A stretch of DNA of 64,000 bases from a virus: positions 58,381-122,380 of the IMG/VR virus record IMGVR_UViG_3300035180_001452. One strand, written 5' to 3'. Positions 47,282 to 57,542 of this stretch are shown here, one piece after another; position 1 is the first letter of the stretch, and each line of letters starts with the position of its first letter. The notes beneath the pieces are model-generated. The model had not been told where the DNA came from. It searched no databases and was given only the letters and a program-made list of their open reading frames with translations. The position numbers were made by a program, and so were the translations under genes.

Positions 47282-48124
47282 ATGGAAGGAGACTTTACTC
47301 AAGAAGAGCTGGTATATCTACTTGTAAAACATAAAAAATGGATGAGGGTAAAGTGGGGGGCAGAGCGACTTAACCTTTCTGATCGTGTACTAGTAGGTCT
47401 TGATCTGTCTAATTTTGATCTTAGCTATTCAATCTTAGCACACACTATTTTTGAGAGGTGTAACTTAAATAATACAAGAATATTTGAAGCTCTTGCAGCA
47501 AAGTCTAAATTTATATGCTCAAGCCTAGATCATTCTGATCTATCGTATTCGATTTTTTCTAATGCTGGATTCTATAGGTGTAGCATGACTGGAGTTGATC
47601 TGACATACACAAACTGTTCGTCAGTATGGTTTGATGAAACAGCACTTACTGATGTTAAATTTAAGGAAACCATACTGCAGGGTTCTATGTTTGTTAATGC
47701 TATTGATGTTCCAGATTCTGCTCGAGTTTTATCTACATTTGCTCCAGAAACAGGATCACTTGAGATCTGGAAGAAGTGTAGAGGTGGTGCAATAGTAAGA
47801 CTACTGGTTCCTCCTGATGCCGAGAGAGTAACTGGAGGAACGCGTATTGTTCGTGCTTCAAAAGCTATTGTACTAGAAGTTATCGGTAAGGAAAAGGTAG
47901 CGTATAGCCTTTACGATCGTAACTTCAAGTACGAAGTTGGAGATACCGTTACTCCAACGGAGGAGTTCTACCCAGATTGGACACATGAATCTGCTTCTGG
48001 CATTCATGGATATCTATCCCGTCATGAGGCTGAGGCGGAAAAGGAATGGAATAGGGATGAGGAACTAGAGTGGCAGAAACGAAACAAGGATAAACGTAAT
48101 GAAACAAAGAACACCAATATATGA
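47282..48124 (+). CDS. Pentapeptide-repeat protein with DUF5758-like C-terminal domain
   Basis: LDLSNFDLSYS...SDLSYS...VDLTY repeats; WKKC...IVRLLVPPDA.R...RASKA.VL...GIH.YLSR.EA. Confidence 0.8.
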   Translation: MEGDFTQEELVYLLVKHKKWMRVKWGAERLNLSDRVLVGLDLSNFDLSYSILAHTIFERCNLNNTRIFEALAAKSKFICSSLDHSDLSYSIFSNAGFYRCSMTGVDLTYTNCSSVWFDETALTDVKFKETILQGSMFVNAIDVPDSARVLSTFAPETGSLEIWKKCRGGAIVRLLVPPDAERVTGGTRIVRASKAIVLEVIGKEKVAYSLYDRNFKYEVGDTVTPTEEFYPDWTHESASGIHGYLSRHEAEAEKEWNRDEELEWQKRNKDKRNETKNTNI

Positions 48125-48536
48125 CTTTACTGTTAGGCAATTCTTATCCTGGCTTTTGGAAAACTCTGAAAGACCATTGCCTTACTCTGTTGCTGACCTT
48201 CTTGAAATGTGGAATGCGTATACGAAGGATAGTATAGATAACTTTCGTTCTGATACTCCTATATCAGAGGTTACTGTTCTTATGTTTATTGGTACCGTCT
48301 TTCGTAGCAGCAACTATATTGCTGATATTATAAGAGCTTGGGCTAGGTTTGTTGAGCTTTATAATATCAGGAATGCTGACGATGAAGAAGCAGCAGCCAG
48401 CGTAGTTGAGTACTACTCAAACGAAGTAGAAGGATTAATCAGTAAGCTATTAAGTACTTGTGAAGCCCAGATCAACGATTTGAAAAAAATAGTTGGTATT
48501 TTAGGTGGGTTAGTTAATAAACTAGAAAAGGGCTAA
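48099..48536 (+). CDS. Hypothetical protein with an internal duplication
   Basis: TPI..xTVxxF...ADxxxxW occurs twice. Confidence 0.6.
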   Translation: MKQRTPIYDFTVRQFLSWLLENSERPLPYSVADLLEMWNAYTKDSIDNFRSDTPISEVTVLMFIGTVFRSSNYIADIIRAWARFVELYNIRNADDEEAAASVVEYYSNEVEGLISKLLSTCEAQINDLKKIVGILGGLVNKLEKG

Positions 48537-48538
48537 TC

Positions 48539-48880
48539 ATGGAAGACACAGAGTGTTCTAGGATTCAGTGCGACCGTTGTGGTAGAGACATGGCTTCTTA
48601 TGAAGTCAATGAGGCTCCGGTTGCACACGTCCGGTACTGGATTGTTTGTCCTAATTGTCTTTCACATGTACTATCTACATCTGCTAAATACGCAGAAGTA
48701 CTTTTGTATATTAAGAACAGAGCAGAGGTAGATAAATACAGGTATAAGAATGATCCTAAGCTCGGCCCTCTCTATGCTAATATAGAGAGTATCATTTCTG
48801 GTACCATAGAAAAGATCGCTACAGCATATAACGAAATGGAGGAAGAAGATGGAAGCAACAGCAACAGCTCAGCAGACTGA
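48539..48880 (+). CDS. Zn-ribbon protein
   Basis: CDRC...CPNC. Confidence 0.6.
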   Translation: MEDTECSRIQCDRCGRDMASYEVNEAPVAHVRYWIVCPNCLSHVLSTSAKYAEVLLYIKNRAEVDKYRYKNDPKLGPLYANIESIISGTIEKIATAYNEMEEEDGSNSNSSAD

Positions 48881-49079
48881 GCAGTCTAACTGGTCGTTGT
48901 TTGACAAGATTGTAGAAGTAACTTCGTGTACTATCATTGGAGCTCGTACTGGATTTAACTTTGGCATGAATCTAATCTCTATGCCAAAGGTTGAGACTAA
49001 CAAGAGTAGGAAGGAGGAAGAGAAAGAGTTTATTAGAGCTTGCATTGAAGTATATCTTGACAGAGTAAAAGGAGGATAA
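48849..49079 (+). CDS. Hypothetical protein
   Basis: 76-aa ORF in the operon. Confidence 0.5.
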   Translation: MEATATAQQTEQSNWSLFDKIVEVTSCTIIGARTGFNFGMNLISMPKVETNKSRKEEEKEFIRACIEVYLDRVKGG

Positions 49080-49080
49080 A

Positions 49081-49473
49081 ATGCAAGCAGCTAACTTGGC
49101 TGTTGGTGCTGTTATTATCTTGATATTCTTTAACAGCATTGGCCGGCCTGTAACTGCCTTTGGTTGGCTTGGCTGTTTTCTATTCCTGGCACTATGCTAC
49201 TATGATGTAGTGCTGGTGATGGCTGCTATCGCTATCTTTATTATGCTCGAGCTAGAGATTACTTCTAGAACAGCTAAGAGTTTAAGGAAAGGCGGGAATA
49301 GTATGATGGAATCCTTAGACTCTTTGGAAAAAGTAGTATCTAATAAAGATAGTGTAAATCTAGAGGAGCTAGAGGAGAGTATTCTGTCATCCATTACTAA
49401 GTACACAGCTACTATTAAGGAGCTTAAGGAAGCCCTTAAGTATGTACAAGTACTTAGGAAACTTAAAGGCTAA
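49081..49473 (+). CDS. Membrane protein with coiled coil
   Basis: Hydrophobic N-half, heptad C-half; SD GGAGG. Confidence 0.6.
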   Translation: MQAANLAVGAVIILIFFNSIGRPVTAFGWLGCFLFLALCYYDVVLVMAAIAIFIMLELEITSRTAKSLRKGGNSMMESLDSLEKVVSNKDSVNLEELEESILSSITKYTATIKELKEALKYVQVLRKLKG

Positions 49474-49483
49474 GGAGAAAATA

Positions 49484-50185
49484 ATGTACAACCCATTGAT
49501 TGTTGCTACCCCTTGTAAGCATCCCGATAATTTGCCATACCTGCTACAGTCGTTTAACCCGTCAATATTTTTTGGTCTTGAATGGCATATCTTGATTGAT
49601 GCCAATACGGTAAATCGCCAGGAGTGGGAACCCAAGATAGCCAAGCTTGTCTCTGGTATAACTAGATTCAGAACTGCGGTTACCTTTGAGTATCATGATG
49701 ATCCAAGGCATTCTGCTAAGAACATCCTACTAAATCGAGCACTAACTAGGGCCTTTAGTATATATGCTGGATTTTATTTCTGTATCCTTAAGGATACCAA
49801 CATTTTGCATCCTTCCTTCTTGCCTGTTATTGAAAACTATACAAATCGCTTTCCAGAAAAGTGCTACGTTTATGGTTGCCACCTGTGTACTGTGCCTGGA
49901 CAGACTATGTACACAGAACATCGTGTCGTGATGCCAGCGGACCTTAATGTTATTGATCTGACACAGCTTAGTACTGCACAATACACTGTCCACTCAAAGT
50001 TTATCGGAAACACTAGGTTCACGCGTGATGATGCGTGTTCTGAGGGCATGTTTATTTCTGAGATCTTTGATAAGCATGAGGAAGACTTTAAGTTTCTTCC
50101 TCAAGTCTTAGCTTATAATGATTCGCTAGGTTTCTCAGGAGATAACATTGCACCTTGGGTACCTCCACTGGAGATTGGGTTCTGA
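49484..50185 (+). CDS. GT2-like glycosyltransferase, copy 1 (DxD motif altered to KDTN)
   Basis: IVATPC, LNRAL, FCILKDTN; paralogue of the next two genes. Confidence 0.7.
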   Translation: MYNPLIVATPCKHPDNLPYLLQSFNPSIFFGLEWHILIDANTVNRQEWEPKIAKLVSGITRFRTAVTFEYHDDPRHSAKNILLNRALTRAFSIYAGFYFCILKDTNILHPSFLPVIENYTNRFPEKCYVYGCHLCTVPGQTMYTEHRVVMPADLNVIDLTQLSTAQYTVHSKFIGNTRFTRDDACSEGMFISEIFDKHEEDFKFLPQVLAYNDSLGFSGDNIAPWVPPLEIGF

Positions 50186-50254
50186 AATCTTTTTTAAGGG
50201 AAGTCCTTAAGTACGTGCAAGTACTTAGGAAGCTTAAAGACTAAGGAGAAAATA

Positions 50255-50860
50255 ATGCACAACCCATTGATTGTTGCCACTGCTTGTAGACATCCCGATA
50301 ATTTGCCACGCCTGCTTCAATCGTTTAATCCACCGAGGACTATTGACCTTGAATGGCATATCTTGGTTGATGCCAACACGGTGGATCAACAGGAGTGGGA
50401 ACCTAAGATAGCTGAGCTTGTCTCTGTTGTAACTAAATTTAAGGTTGTAGTTACCTTTGAGCATTATGATGATAATCCAGGGCACTTTGCTAAGAATATT
50501 CTACTAAATCGAGCACTAAATAGGGCCTTTCTTATCCACTCTGTGTTCTATTTCTGTATTCTTGATGATGATAACATTTTGTATCCTTCCTTCTTGCCTG
50601 TTATAGAAAGCTATATAGAACGCTTCCCAGAAAAGTGCCATGTTTATGTCTGTCATCCTTATATGGATGAACATGTTAATGCTGTGCAGTATACTGTTTA
50701 CTCAAAGCTTATTGGAGGTACTAGGTTCATGCGTGATGATGCTCATGCTGAGGATACATTTATTAATCAGATTTTTCATATGCATAGTAAAAAGTTCAAA
50801 TTTGTCTATTGGCTCATACCTTACCTCGATTGGAGACCTGGTGCTAAACCCTCTCTTTAA
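50255..50860 (+). CDS. GT2-like glycosyltransferase, copy 2
   Basis: FCILDDDN DxD motif; ED..F motif. Confidence 0.75.
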   Translation: MHNPLIVATACRHPDNLPRLLQSFNPPRTIDLEWHILVDANTVDQQEWEPKIAELVSVVTKFKVVVTFEHYDDNPGHFAKNILLNRALNRAFLIHSVFYFCILDDDNILYPSFLPVIESYIERFPEKCHVYVCHPYMDEHVNAVQYTVYSKLIGGTRFMRDDAHAEDTFINQIFHMHSKKFKFVYWLIPYLDWRPGAKPSL

Positions 50861-50960
50861 AAGCTATAGAAACTCTTGCTAGCTTCTTAAATTAGCATAT
50901 GATATGCAATAATAATATCAAGTAGTTAAAAACTCTAAAGCTAATAAAGAGGAGCTAATA

Positions 50961-51647
50961 ATGCATGATACATTAATTGTTCACACTGCCTGTAGTCGTC
51001 CTCAGAATCTACCCTATCTGCTTCAATCGTTTAATCTATCAAAGGCTACTAATCTTGAGTGGTACATAACGGTTGATGCTAACATAGTTAATCAACAGGA
51101 GTGGGAACCTAAGATAGCTAAGCTTATGTCCAATGTAGATAAATTTACGGTTTCAGTTACCTTTGAACCCCATGAGAATGGTCCACACTGTGAAAACATT
51201 TTAAGAAACATAGCAATAGATAGGGCCTTTAATAAATACCCCGGGTTTTATTTCTGTATTCTTGATGATGATAATATCTTACACCCTTCATTCTTGCCTG
51301 TTATAGAAAACTATATAGAACGCTTCCCAGAAAAGGGCTATGTTTATGCCTGTCATCATTATAATGAGGTTGGGCCAGCTCCATGGATGGAGAAACATGT
51401 GCTAATGTCAGCAGGCCCACAGTTTGTAAGACCAACGCAGATTGATTCTGCACAGTATACTGTTCACTCAAAGCTCATTGAAGATATCAGGTTTATACCT
51501 GATGATACTTGCGCTGATGGTATATTTATCAATCAGATTTTTAATAAACACATTGAAGAGTTCAAATTCATCTATCAGCCCCTATCTTACCACAATGTAC
51601 TAAGACCTATGCAATCCTTTGTACCTCCTTTGGAGATTGGGTTCTAA
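50961..51647 (+). CDS. GT2-like glycosyltransferase, copy 3
   Basis: RNIAID, FCILDDDN, IDSAQ and ADGIF motifs. Confidence 0.8.
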   Translation: MHDTLIVHTACSRPQNLPYLLQSFNLSKATNLEWYITVDANIVNQQEWEPKIAKLMSNVDKFTVSVTFEPHENGPHCENILRNIAIDRAFNKYPGFYFCILDDDNILHPSFLPVIENYIERFPEKGYVYACHHYNEVGPAPWMEKHVLMSAGPQFVRPTQIDSAQYTVHSKLIEDIRFIPDDTCADGIFINQIFNKHIEEFKFIYQPLSYHNVLRPMQSFVPPLEIGF

Positions 51648-51759
51648 AGTCTTTCTTTAAAAGCTACAGAAACTATTGCTGGTTTCCTTTAAGTATCATA
51701 CATAATATGCGATAATATGTTATCAGCAGTAGTTGCTGAATATACCGGGAGGTGTGTAC

Positions 51760-52023
51760 ATGAGCGATACTGATAACACGGAGCCTAATGTACCCTCTGA
51801 TCTTGAACCTAATCCCCTAACCTCTTTACAAGAAGCTAACAAGAACTTCATTCAAAAGGCTATTAAGAAGCCTGGCCAGCTACATAAGGACCTAGGTGTT
51901 CCACAGGATAAGCCTATTCCATTAGATAAGCTAAAGGCTGCGGCCAAGAGGAAGGACAAGGTTGGACAAAGGGCTAGATTTGCTCTAGTCTTGAAAGGAG
52001 TTTCCAAGAAAAGGAGCAAATGA
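51760..52023 (+). CDS. Small basic phage protein
   Basis: FIQKAIKKPGQLHKDLGVP...KIPxxKL..AA...RARFA pattern recalled from large-phage hypothetical proteins; SD GGAGG. Confidence 0.65.
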   Translation: MSDTDNTEPNVPSDLEPNPLTSLQEANKNFIQKAIKKPGQLHKDLGVPQDKPIPLDKLKAAAKRKDKVGQRARFALVLKGVSKKRSK

Positions 52024-52042
52024 CTTTTAGATGCTTTTTCTA

Positions 52043-52079
52043 ACCTGGCCTAACAGTAGTTTAGGCCAGGAATTTTTTT
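52043..52079 (+). terminator. Intrinsic terminator
   Basis: cctggcctaa/ttaggccagg stem followed by a T7 run. Confidence 0.7.
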
Positions 52080-52094
52080 GGGATAGAGATAACC

Positions 52095-54644
52095 ATGAGA
52101 CTAAGGAGCTATCAGGAAGAAGCATGTAATAAGTTCTTTGAAGCAAAGAACAAAGGGCTTACTAGGATGTTGATGACACTTCCTACAGGTACAGGAAAAT
52201 GTCTTGGTAAGAATACGCCTATTATTATGTATAATGGGCATATTAAGTGGGTCCAGGACATTGTTCCCGGTGATTTTTTGATGGGTCCCGATAGTACTCC
52301 CCGGACAGTACTCTCTACTGCTACGGGTAGAGGAAACCTCTACAAGATTACTCCAGAGGAAGGGACTCCATTCGTAACTAATGGCCCCCATATTCTATCC
52401 CTTATGAAATCTGATGGAACTGTACTAAATATATCTGTGGAGGATTACCTAAGTAATAGATACGTATATGAAGATCTTAGTGAGTATAAACTCTACAGGA
52501 AAGGCATTCATTTTCCTTCTCCAAACTCTTGTAGGGATGCTTATCTAACAGGTAAGCTCCTTATTAGTAATAGACCGATTGACAGAAGACTACTTGATGT
52601 AGAAAAGGAAACAATTAAGAGTAATCATTCTCTTATGTGTAGTTACATTACACAGTTTAAGCTTAGTAGTATGAATAATAGGGCACTATTCATGGTAGGT
52701 GCCCTATCTAATGCAAAATTTGTTGAAAACTATGGGTATATACTGACTATTGTTAATAGGAAACTCGCTAATAACATCCTCTGGATTTCTAGATCTCTTG
52801 GACTTAATGCTAAGCTAGTAACTGTTAATGATATTAATGATCAACACGATATAATCCATATTAAAACTCCTGATCCTATAAGAGTTAGTACATCTCTTCA
52901 TAATGTTGTTTCTCTTACAGGATTTTCTATTGAATCTATTGGCGATGGAAATTATTATGGGTTTGAGTTGAGTGATGATAGGCTGTTTTTGCTTGGAGAC
53001 TTCATCGTAACCCATAATACAGTGCTATTTTCCCACATTGATAAGAAGTTGAGAGAGCAAGGTGAGAGTAGACCGACCCTAGTCATTGCTCATAGGGACG
53101 AACTACTTGATCAGGCAGCTGAGAAGTTTGAAAAAGTAAGTCCAGATGTTAGTATTAGTAAAGAGAAGGCTAAACTTCGTGCAACTAATTCTAATATTGT
53201 GCTTGCTAGCATTCAAAGTATTGGTAGAAGTGGTAGTGATAGGCTAAATGACTATGATTTTGGGCTAATCATAGTTGATGAATGCCATCATGCACAAGCA
53301 GACAGCTATAAAACTGCTCTTACAAGGCTCGGAGCATTCGATGGAGACCGATTATTGCTTGGAGTTACTGCAACACCGGTAAGAATGGATCGAAAACAGC
53401 TTCATACTGCTTCTGGAGCCATCTTTGAAGAGGAAATTTACCGTTATACCATGAGACAGGCTATGAAAGACGGCTGGATCTGTCCGATTAGGGGATATCA
53501 GGTCGAAACTTTCATTGATATCTCAAAAGTTTCGGTAAAAGCTGGTGATTTTAACGAAAAAGAGCTAGAAAATATCGTTGTAGGCAGTAATCGTAACGAT
53601 ATTATCTATGAAAACTGGAAAAAGATCTGTCCGACACGAAAAACCTTGGTTTTTTGCATCTCTAGGGCTCATGCTGAAGAAGTTTATGCCTTCATGAAGC
53701 AAAAAGGTGTTCGTGTAGGCTGTGTTTTTGATGATTCTAAGGATAGGAAGGCTATAGTAGAGGATTTTCGCATTGGAAACCTCCAAATGCTCGTAAATGT
53801 GAGGATTGCTACCGAAGGATGGGATGTTCCTGACATTGGATGCATTATTCAGGCCTCTCCAACCCTATCTTGGCCTCTTTATGTCCAAGAAATAGGCAGA
53901 GGAACAAGAATTTACCCCGGTAAAACAGATTTGATCGTAATAGACGTAGTAGATAACACATCTAGGCATAATTTGTGTACTGTTCCTGCTATTTTAGGTC
54001 TTCCGAGGACTCTAAACCTTAAAGGGACTACTCTAGCAACAGTAGCAGACCTAGTTGACTCTACTGGGTGTGGTGATCTCGGTCTACTTGCTAAAGAAGC
54101 ACCTAAAAGTATAGAAGAACTGAAGATTATCTTGAAAAAGATAGAACTTTTGTCTCTTGCTATGACTCCGGAAGAAATTAAGCAGTTTACTAAGTATGCT
54201 TGGGTTCCTTTGACTAATGGGGACTACTATTTGGGCTGTGGATTGGGTAAATCTGCTGAAGTTAGGTTTGATACAGCCGGTAACATGATCTGTATCATGA
54301 AAAAAGATGGTAGAGAGATTCTACATCGTACTTATGATATGGATCCAGAGAAACTATGGCCAATGTTCGAAGAATACATTGCCAAAACATGGCCAGACTC
54401 CCTTGTTTTAATAAAAAGGAACGCTTCTTGGTGGAAAGAAGAAGCATCTGTTGCTCAAAAGAAGTATCTTACTTCTCTAGGTATCGATTGGAAGATCTGG
54501 GGAGGAAGTATCAGCAAAGGGCATGCTTCTAGACTAATCGATCATGCTAGAGCTATGGGTAAAGTTCCTAAGCCTATGTCAATCTCTCAGCTTCGTGCTA
54601 TTCAATATAAAACTAACAGAGATACCTTATTGGGAGGAAAGTAA
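52095..54644 (+). CDS. SF2 DEAD/DEAH-box helicase (ResIII/IRC3-like) with an intein in Walker A
   Basis: LRSYQ, PTGTGK|T, IVDECHH, GVTATP, TEGWDVP and QEIGRGTR motifs. Confidence 0.92.
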   Translation: MRLRSYQEEACNKFFEAKNKGLTRMLMTLPTGTGKCLGKNTPIIMYNGHIKWVQDIVPGDFLMGPDSTPRTVLSTATGRGNLYKITPEEGTPFVTNGPHILSLMKSDGTVLNISVEDYLSNRYVYEDLSEYKLYRKGIHFPSPNSCRDAYLTGKLLISNRPIDRRLLDVEKETIKSNHSLMCSYITQFKLSSMNNRALFMVGALSNAKFVENYGYILTIVNRKLANNILWISRSLGLNAKLVTVNDINDQHDIIHIKTPDPIRVSTSLHNVVSLTGFSIESIGDGNYYGFELSDDRLFLLGDFIVTHNTVLFSHIDKKLREQGESRPTLVIAHRDELLDQAAEKFEKVSPDVSISKEKAKLRATNSNIVLASIQSIGRSGSDRLNDYDFGLIIVDECHHAQADSYKTALTRLGAFDGDRLLLGVTATPVRMDRKQLHTASGAIFEEEIYRYTMRQAMKDGWICPIRGYQVETFIDISKVSVKAGDFNEKELENIVVGSNRNDIIYENWKKICPTRKTLVFCISRAHAEEVYAFMKQKGVRVGCVFDDSKDRKAIVEDFRIGNLQMLVNVRIATEGWDVPDIGCIIQASPTLSWPLYVQEIGRGTRIYPGKTDLIVIDVVDNTSRHNLCTVPAILGLPRTLNLKGTTLATVADLVDSTGCGDLGLLAKEAPKSIEELKIILKKIELLSLAMTPEEIKQFTKYAWVPLTNGDYYLGCGLGKSAEVRFDTAGNMICIMKKDGREILHRTYDMDPEKLWPMFEEYIAKTWPDSLVLIKRNASWWKEEASVAQKKYLTSLGIDWKIWGGSISKGHASRLIDHARAMGKVPKPMSISQLRAIQYKTNRDTLLGGK
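52200..53018 (+). mobile_element. Intein (273 aa) in the helicase P-loop
   Basis: Starts CLGKNT, NGPHILSL block B, ends YYGFEL...VTHN followed by Thr. Confidence 0.92.
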
Positions 54645-54964
54645 TGAGTATTACACTAGACTACATGTTCTCTTGCGTGTTTGATAGAGCAGAACATCCT
54701 GAAGTAAATGTAGGTAAGATTCCTGGAGGAACAAGATTCGCTCAGGGTGTAGTAGATAACACCTCTGTTGTTCTTATGGAAGTAAAAGAGCATGATTTGT
54801 TTGGTGAAGTAACAAATAACTTTGACATTGCTATTTGCTATAATGAAGATGGAAACAAGGTTTCTCCAGTCCTTATTAGAAAGAAGGGAGCCAAGGATAT
54901 CCGTAAGATTTCTTGGTCTAAAGCCCTTGTTTCTCTATATGGTAGGAAGGAGAAGAGTTCATGA
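54644..54964 (+). CDS. Hypothetical protein
   Basis: 106 aa, overlapping stop/start with the helicase. Confidence 0.6.
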   Translation: MSITLDYMFSCVFDRAEHPEVNVGKIPGGTRFAQGVVDNTSVVLMEVKEHDLFGEVTNNFDIAICYNEDGNKVSPVLIRKKGAKDIRKISWSKALVSLYGRKEKSS

Positions 54965-55311
54965 GCCCTAAAACTAGTATCCGAAGGATTAAGTCTGTTC
55001 CTTTTAATGCAGAGCCTGTTGCTAAGAGGAGAGGTAGACCTCCAGGCAGTAAGAATAAGCCTAAAGCACAACCAGTAGTAACCGCTCCGGTAGTTTCTGA
55101 GCTAGCAGAGTTTACTGTAGTTCAACAATTTGAGGGCAAGATTGTTATTAATGTAGTAGGACAGGAAACTCCATACAGAATTACTGATGGAACCTTTATT
55201 GCTGCTACTATAAAATGGGGATTTAATACTAGAGGAACTAGATGGCCCTTAATCCTTACCGAGACAGGTCTAGCTACTATAGACTGGAACTATAAGCCTA
55301 ATAACGTATAG
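54961..55311 (+). CDS. Protein with an AT-hook-like motif
   Basis: KRRGRPPGSKNK. Confidence 0.65.
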   Translation: MSPKTSIRRIKSVPFNAEPVAKRRGRPPGSKNKPKAQPVVTAPVVSELAEFTVVQQFEGKIVINVVGQETPYRITDGTFIAATIKWGFNTRGTRWPLILTETGLATIDWNYKPNNV

Positions 55312-55319
55312 AGTTAAGC

Positions 55320-55904
55320 ATGGTAGATACTAATCTTTTAACACTCTTAACACTAATAGTAATAAAAAACGAACGGAACGTACCCAAGATGTCTATGTCT
55401 ACGATACAGTATATCATATACTTTGTATCACGGAAGATGGACATAGATCTTGGATATGAATTTTGTTACTATACCTCTTGGAGTAGACCTGTACATGAGT
55501 GCGTTCGTGATCTATGTAAGAAGAAGCTTGTAGAAAACCTAGAAAATAATAGTGTGCTACTCACTACTTATAAACTATTACCTAATGGAGAAGCTACCAT
55601 AACTTCTTTTGATGAAAGAAAGGTAATGTTTATAAAATCAATAGTTAACACTATTACTAGAAGTAAGCTGTTTTTAGTAGGAGGTAGCACTCTTAAGCTG
55701 TATTTGGGAATGGCTGTTTCATTAGATCAAGTTATGCAAATAACTAAGAACACTGAAGATAAAGTTTACTTGCTTAATAATCTCAGGGCACTTGGATGGT
55801 TTCCTACTCTTACATACTTTGCTTATGTATACAAAGAGGTCATGAAATTTAGATTACCATACAAGAGAGAGGTCAGTGTTGAATCTAGAGGAAAGGATTC
55901 GTAA
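55320..55904 (+). CDS. Winged-helix-like hypothetical protein (SocA/DUF4065-like possible)
   Basis: IQYIIYF...LGYEF.YY...S..V...YKLLPNG pattern. Confidence 0.4.
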   Translation: MVDTNLLTLLTLIVIKNERNVPKMSMSTIQYIIYFVSRKMDIDLGYEFCYYTSWSRPVHECVRDLCKKKLVENLENNSVLLTTYKLLPNGEATITSFDERKVMFIKSIVNTITRSKLFLVGGSTLKLYLGMAVSLDQVMQITKNTEDKVYLLNNLRALGWFPTLTYFAYVYKEVMKFRLPYKREVSVESRGKDS

Positions 55905-56769
55905 TGGAATCCTAGGATTTGCCAATAGAAGACACAGTACCTCAGAAAAATTACCTTCTGGGATACCTTCTTTTGATTTGATTGAGGGCGGCATTCCTAA
56001 GGGACATATTACCGAGGTATATGATGTTGAGTCCTCTACTGGTAAGACTTCATTTGCTCTACAGTACGCAAAAACTGCTACTAACTCTGGTAAATTTGTA
56101 CTGTATTTTTCTATTGAGCAAAAGCTTACCAAGTATATACTGGATAAACATAGCATAGATAAGGATAGAATAGCCGTATGTACATTGGGTGGAGTAGAGG
56201 ATATAATATCCATTACAAAAGAGCTATCTCCTGATCTTGTTATTGTTGATAGTTTGGCTGCTGTTGTTCCAGAGGAAACTCAATACAGATATATACTTCT
56301 TCGTAAAATGTTTAGAGAAGTAAATGAAGTTATAACAAAGAGTAATACAGCCGCCCTGTTTCTAAATCAAAGTAGGGTAGTATTTAAGAAGAAGGTAACT
56401 GTTGGTGGTTCTTCCATAGAAGATTGGGCTGATCTAAGAATCAAGCTACATAGTGGAGGCTTAATCTTTAGAAAGTTTGTTCCGGTAGGAAGAATCATTC
56501 TCATGGATCTAGTGAGTAAGACCGCTCCTATAACTAGAAGTATCAAGACCAGTATGATGTTTGATACTGGCTATGATACTTCACTAGATTTGTTAGATTT
56601 AGCTGTAAAACATGATGTTATCCTAAGAGAAGGTGTATACTATAGGTATCATGATCTCCAACTAGGAGCTGGTAGAGATTCATCAGCAGCTTTTCTAAAG
56701 AATAACCCTCCGGTATATAACCAAGTATACGAACAAGTTCTTGAGTCCTCAAGGGAGGACGCCTACTAA
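55876..56769 (+). CDS. recA: RecA/UvsX-like recombinase
   Basis: GGIPKGHITEVY..ESSTGKT, VIVDSLAA, FLNQSR and GAGRD...FLK.NP motifs. Confidence 0.85.
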   Translation: MLNLEERIRNGILGFANRRHSTSEKLPSGIPSFDLIEGGIPKGHITEVYDVESSTGKTSFALQYAKTATNSGKFVLYFSIEQKLTKYILDKHSIDKDRIAVCTLGGVEDIISITKELSPDLVIVDSLAAVVPEETQYRYILLRKMFREVNEVITKSNTAALFLNQSRVVFKKKVTVGGSSIEDWADLRIKLHSGGLIFRKFVPVGRIILMDLVSKTAPITRSIKTSMMFDTGYDTSLDLLDLAVKHDVILREGVYYRYHDLQLGAGRDSSAAFLKNNPPVYNQVYEQVLESSREDAY

Positions 56770-56788
56770 GTAGGCAAAGGAGAAAAAT

Positions 56789-57139
56789 ATGTCAGCCAGT
56801 AAGGAAGACCTTAGCAAGATGTTGAATCTAGCTGAACAGTTAGTGAATGAAGGTAAGGAATCTGAGGCCCTTTCTATTGTTAACTCAGTTCTTGATGGGG
56901 TCTCCAACCTGGAAGCTGGTAGCTCTGCAGGTGGCATCCTTGGAGGAGCTGTTACTGGAGCTATTGTTGGTTCTCTTCTATTTCCCGGTCTATTTTTAGT
57001 TACATCTGCTCTTGGTGGATACTTTGGTAAAAGAGTTGCTGACTCTGTTTCTGCCGAAGATCTAGAAGGAATTAGAACAAGAGCTTATGCAATTAAGAAT
57101 AGAATTGATGCCTGGTATCTTAATACCGGGGAACATTAG
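56789..57139 (+). CDS. Glycine-zipper membrane protein (paralogue of 57154)
   Basis: KEDLSKML..AE.L..EGKE.EAL N-terminus; GxxxG segments. Confidence 0.65.
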   Translation: MSASKEDLSKMLNLAEQLVNEGKESEALSIVNSVLDGVSNLEAGSSAGGILGGAVTGAIVGSLLFPGLFLVTSALGGYFGKRVADSVSAEDLEGIRTRAYAIKNRIDAWYLNTGEH

Positions 57140-57153
57140 AAAGGACACCAACG

Positions 57154-57507
57154 ATGCCCTTTACGAAGGAAGAGATAAGTAAGCTTTTAGACACAGCAGA
57201 ACTACTTATAGAAGAAGGAAAAGAAAAAGAGGCATTAGTTTTAGCTAACTCTCTTACTTATGATATAAGTGATATTAAGTATGTCGCTGTTACTAAAGCT
57301 ACTACTGCAGCAGCTATCGTTGGTGCTGTTGTAGGTATCTCAGTAGCTCCTATGCTATTTATTATACCCGCTTCTATTGCTGCTTATTTGAGTAATAAAA
57401 CTGTAAACATGATAGAAGACAAGAGCTTTGATGAACTACTAGGTAGGATAGCTCTAATAAAATATAACGTAAATAAAAAAGAGATACTTCGAAGAAGCTG
57501 CGGTTAG
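57154..57507 (+). CDS. Membrane protein (paralogue of 56789)
   Basis: Same N-terminal motif. Confidence 0.65.
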   Translation: MPFTKEEISKLLDTAELLIEEGKEKEALVLANSLTYDISDIKYVAVTKATTAAAIVGAVVGISVAPMLFIIPASIAAYLSNKTVNMIEDKSFDELLGRIALIKYNVNKKEILRRSCG

Positions 57508-57542
57508 TCAGCTAGAAGATAACTAACCAGAAAGGGAATATA

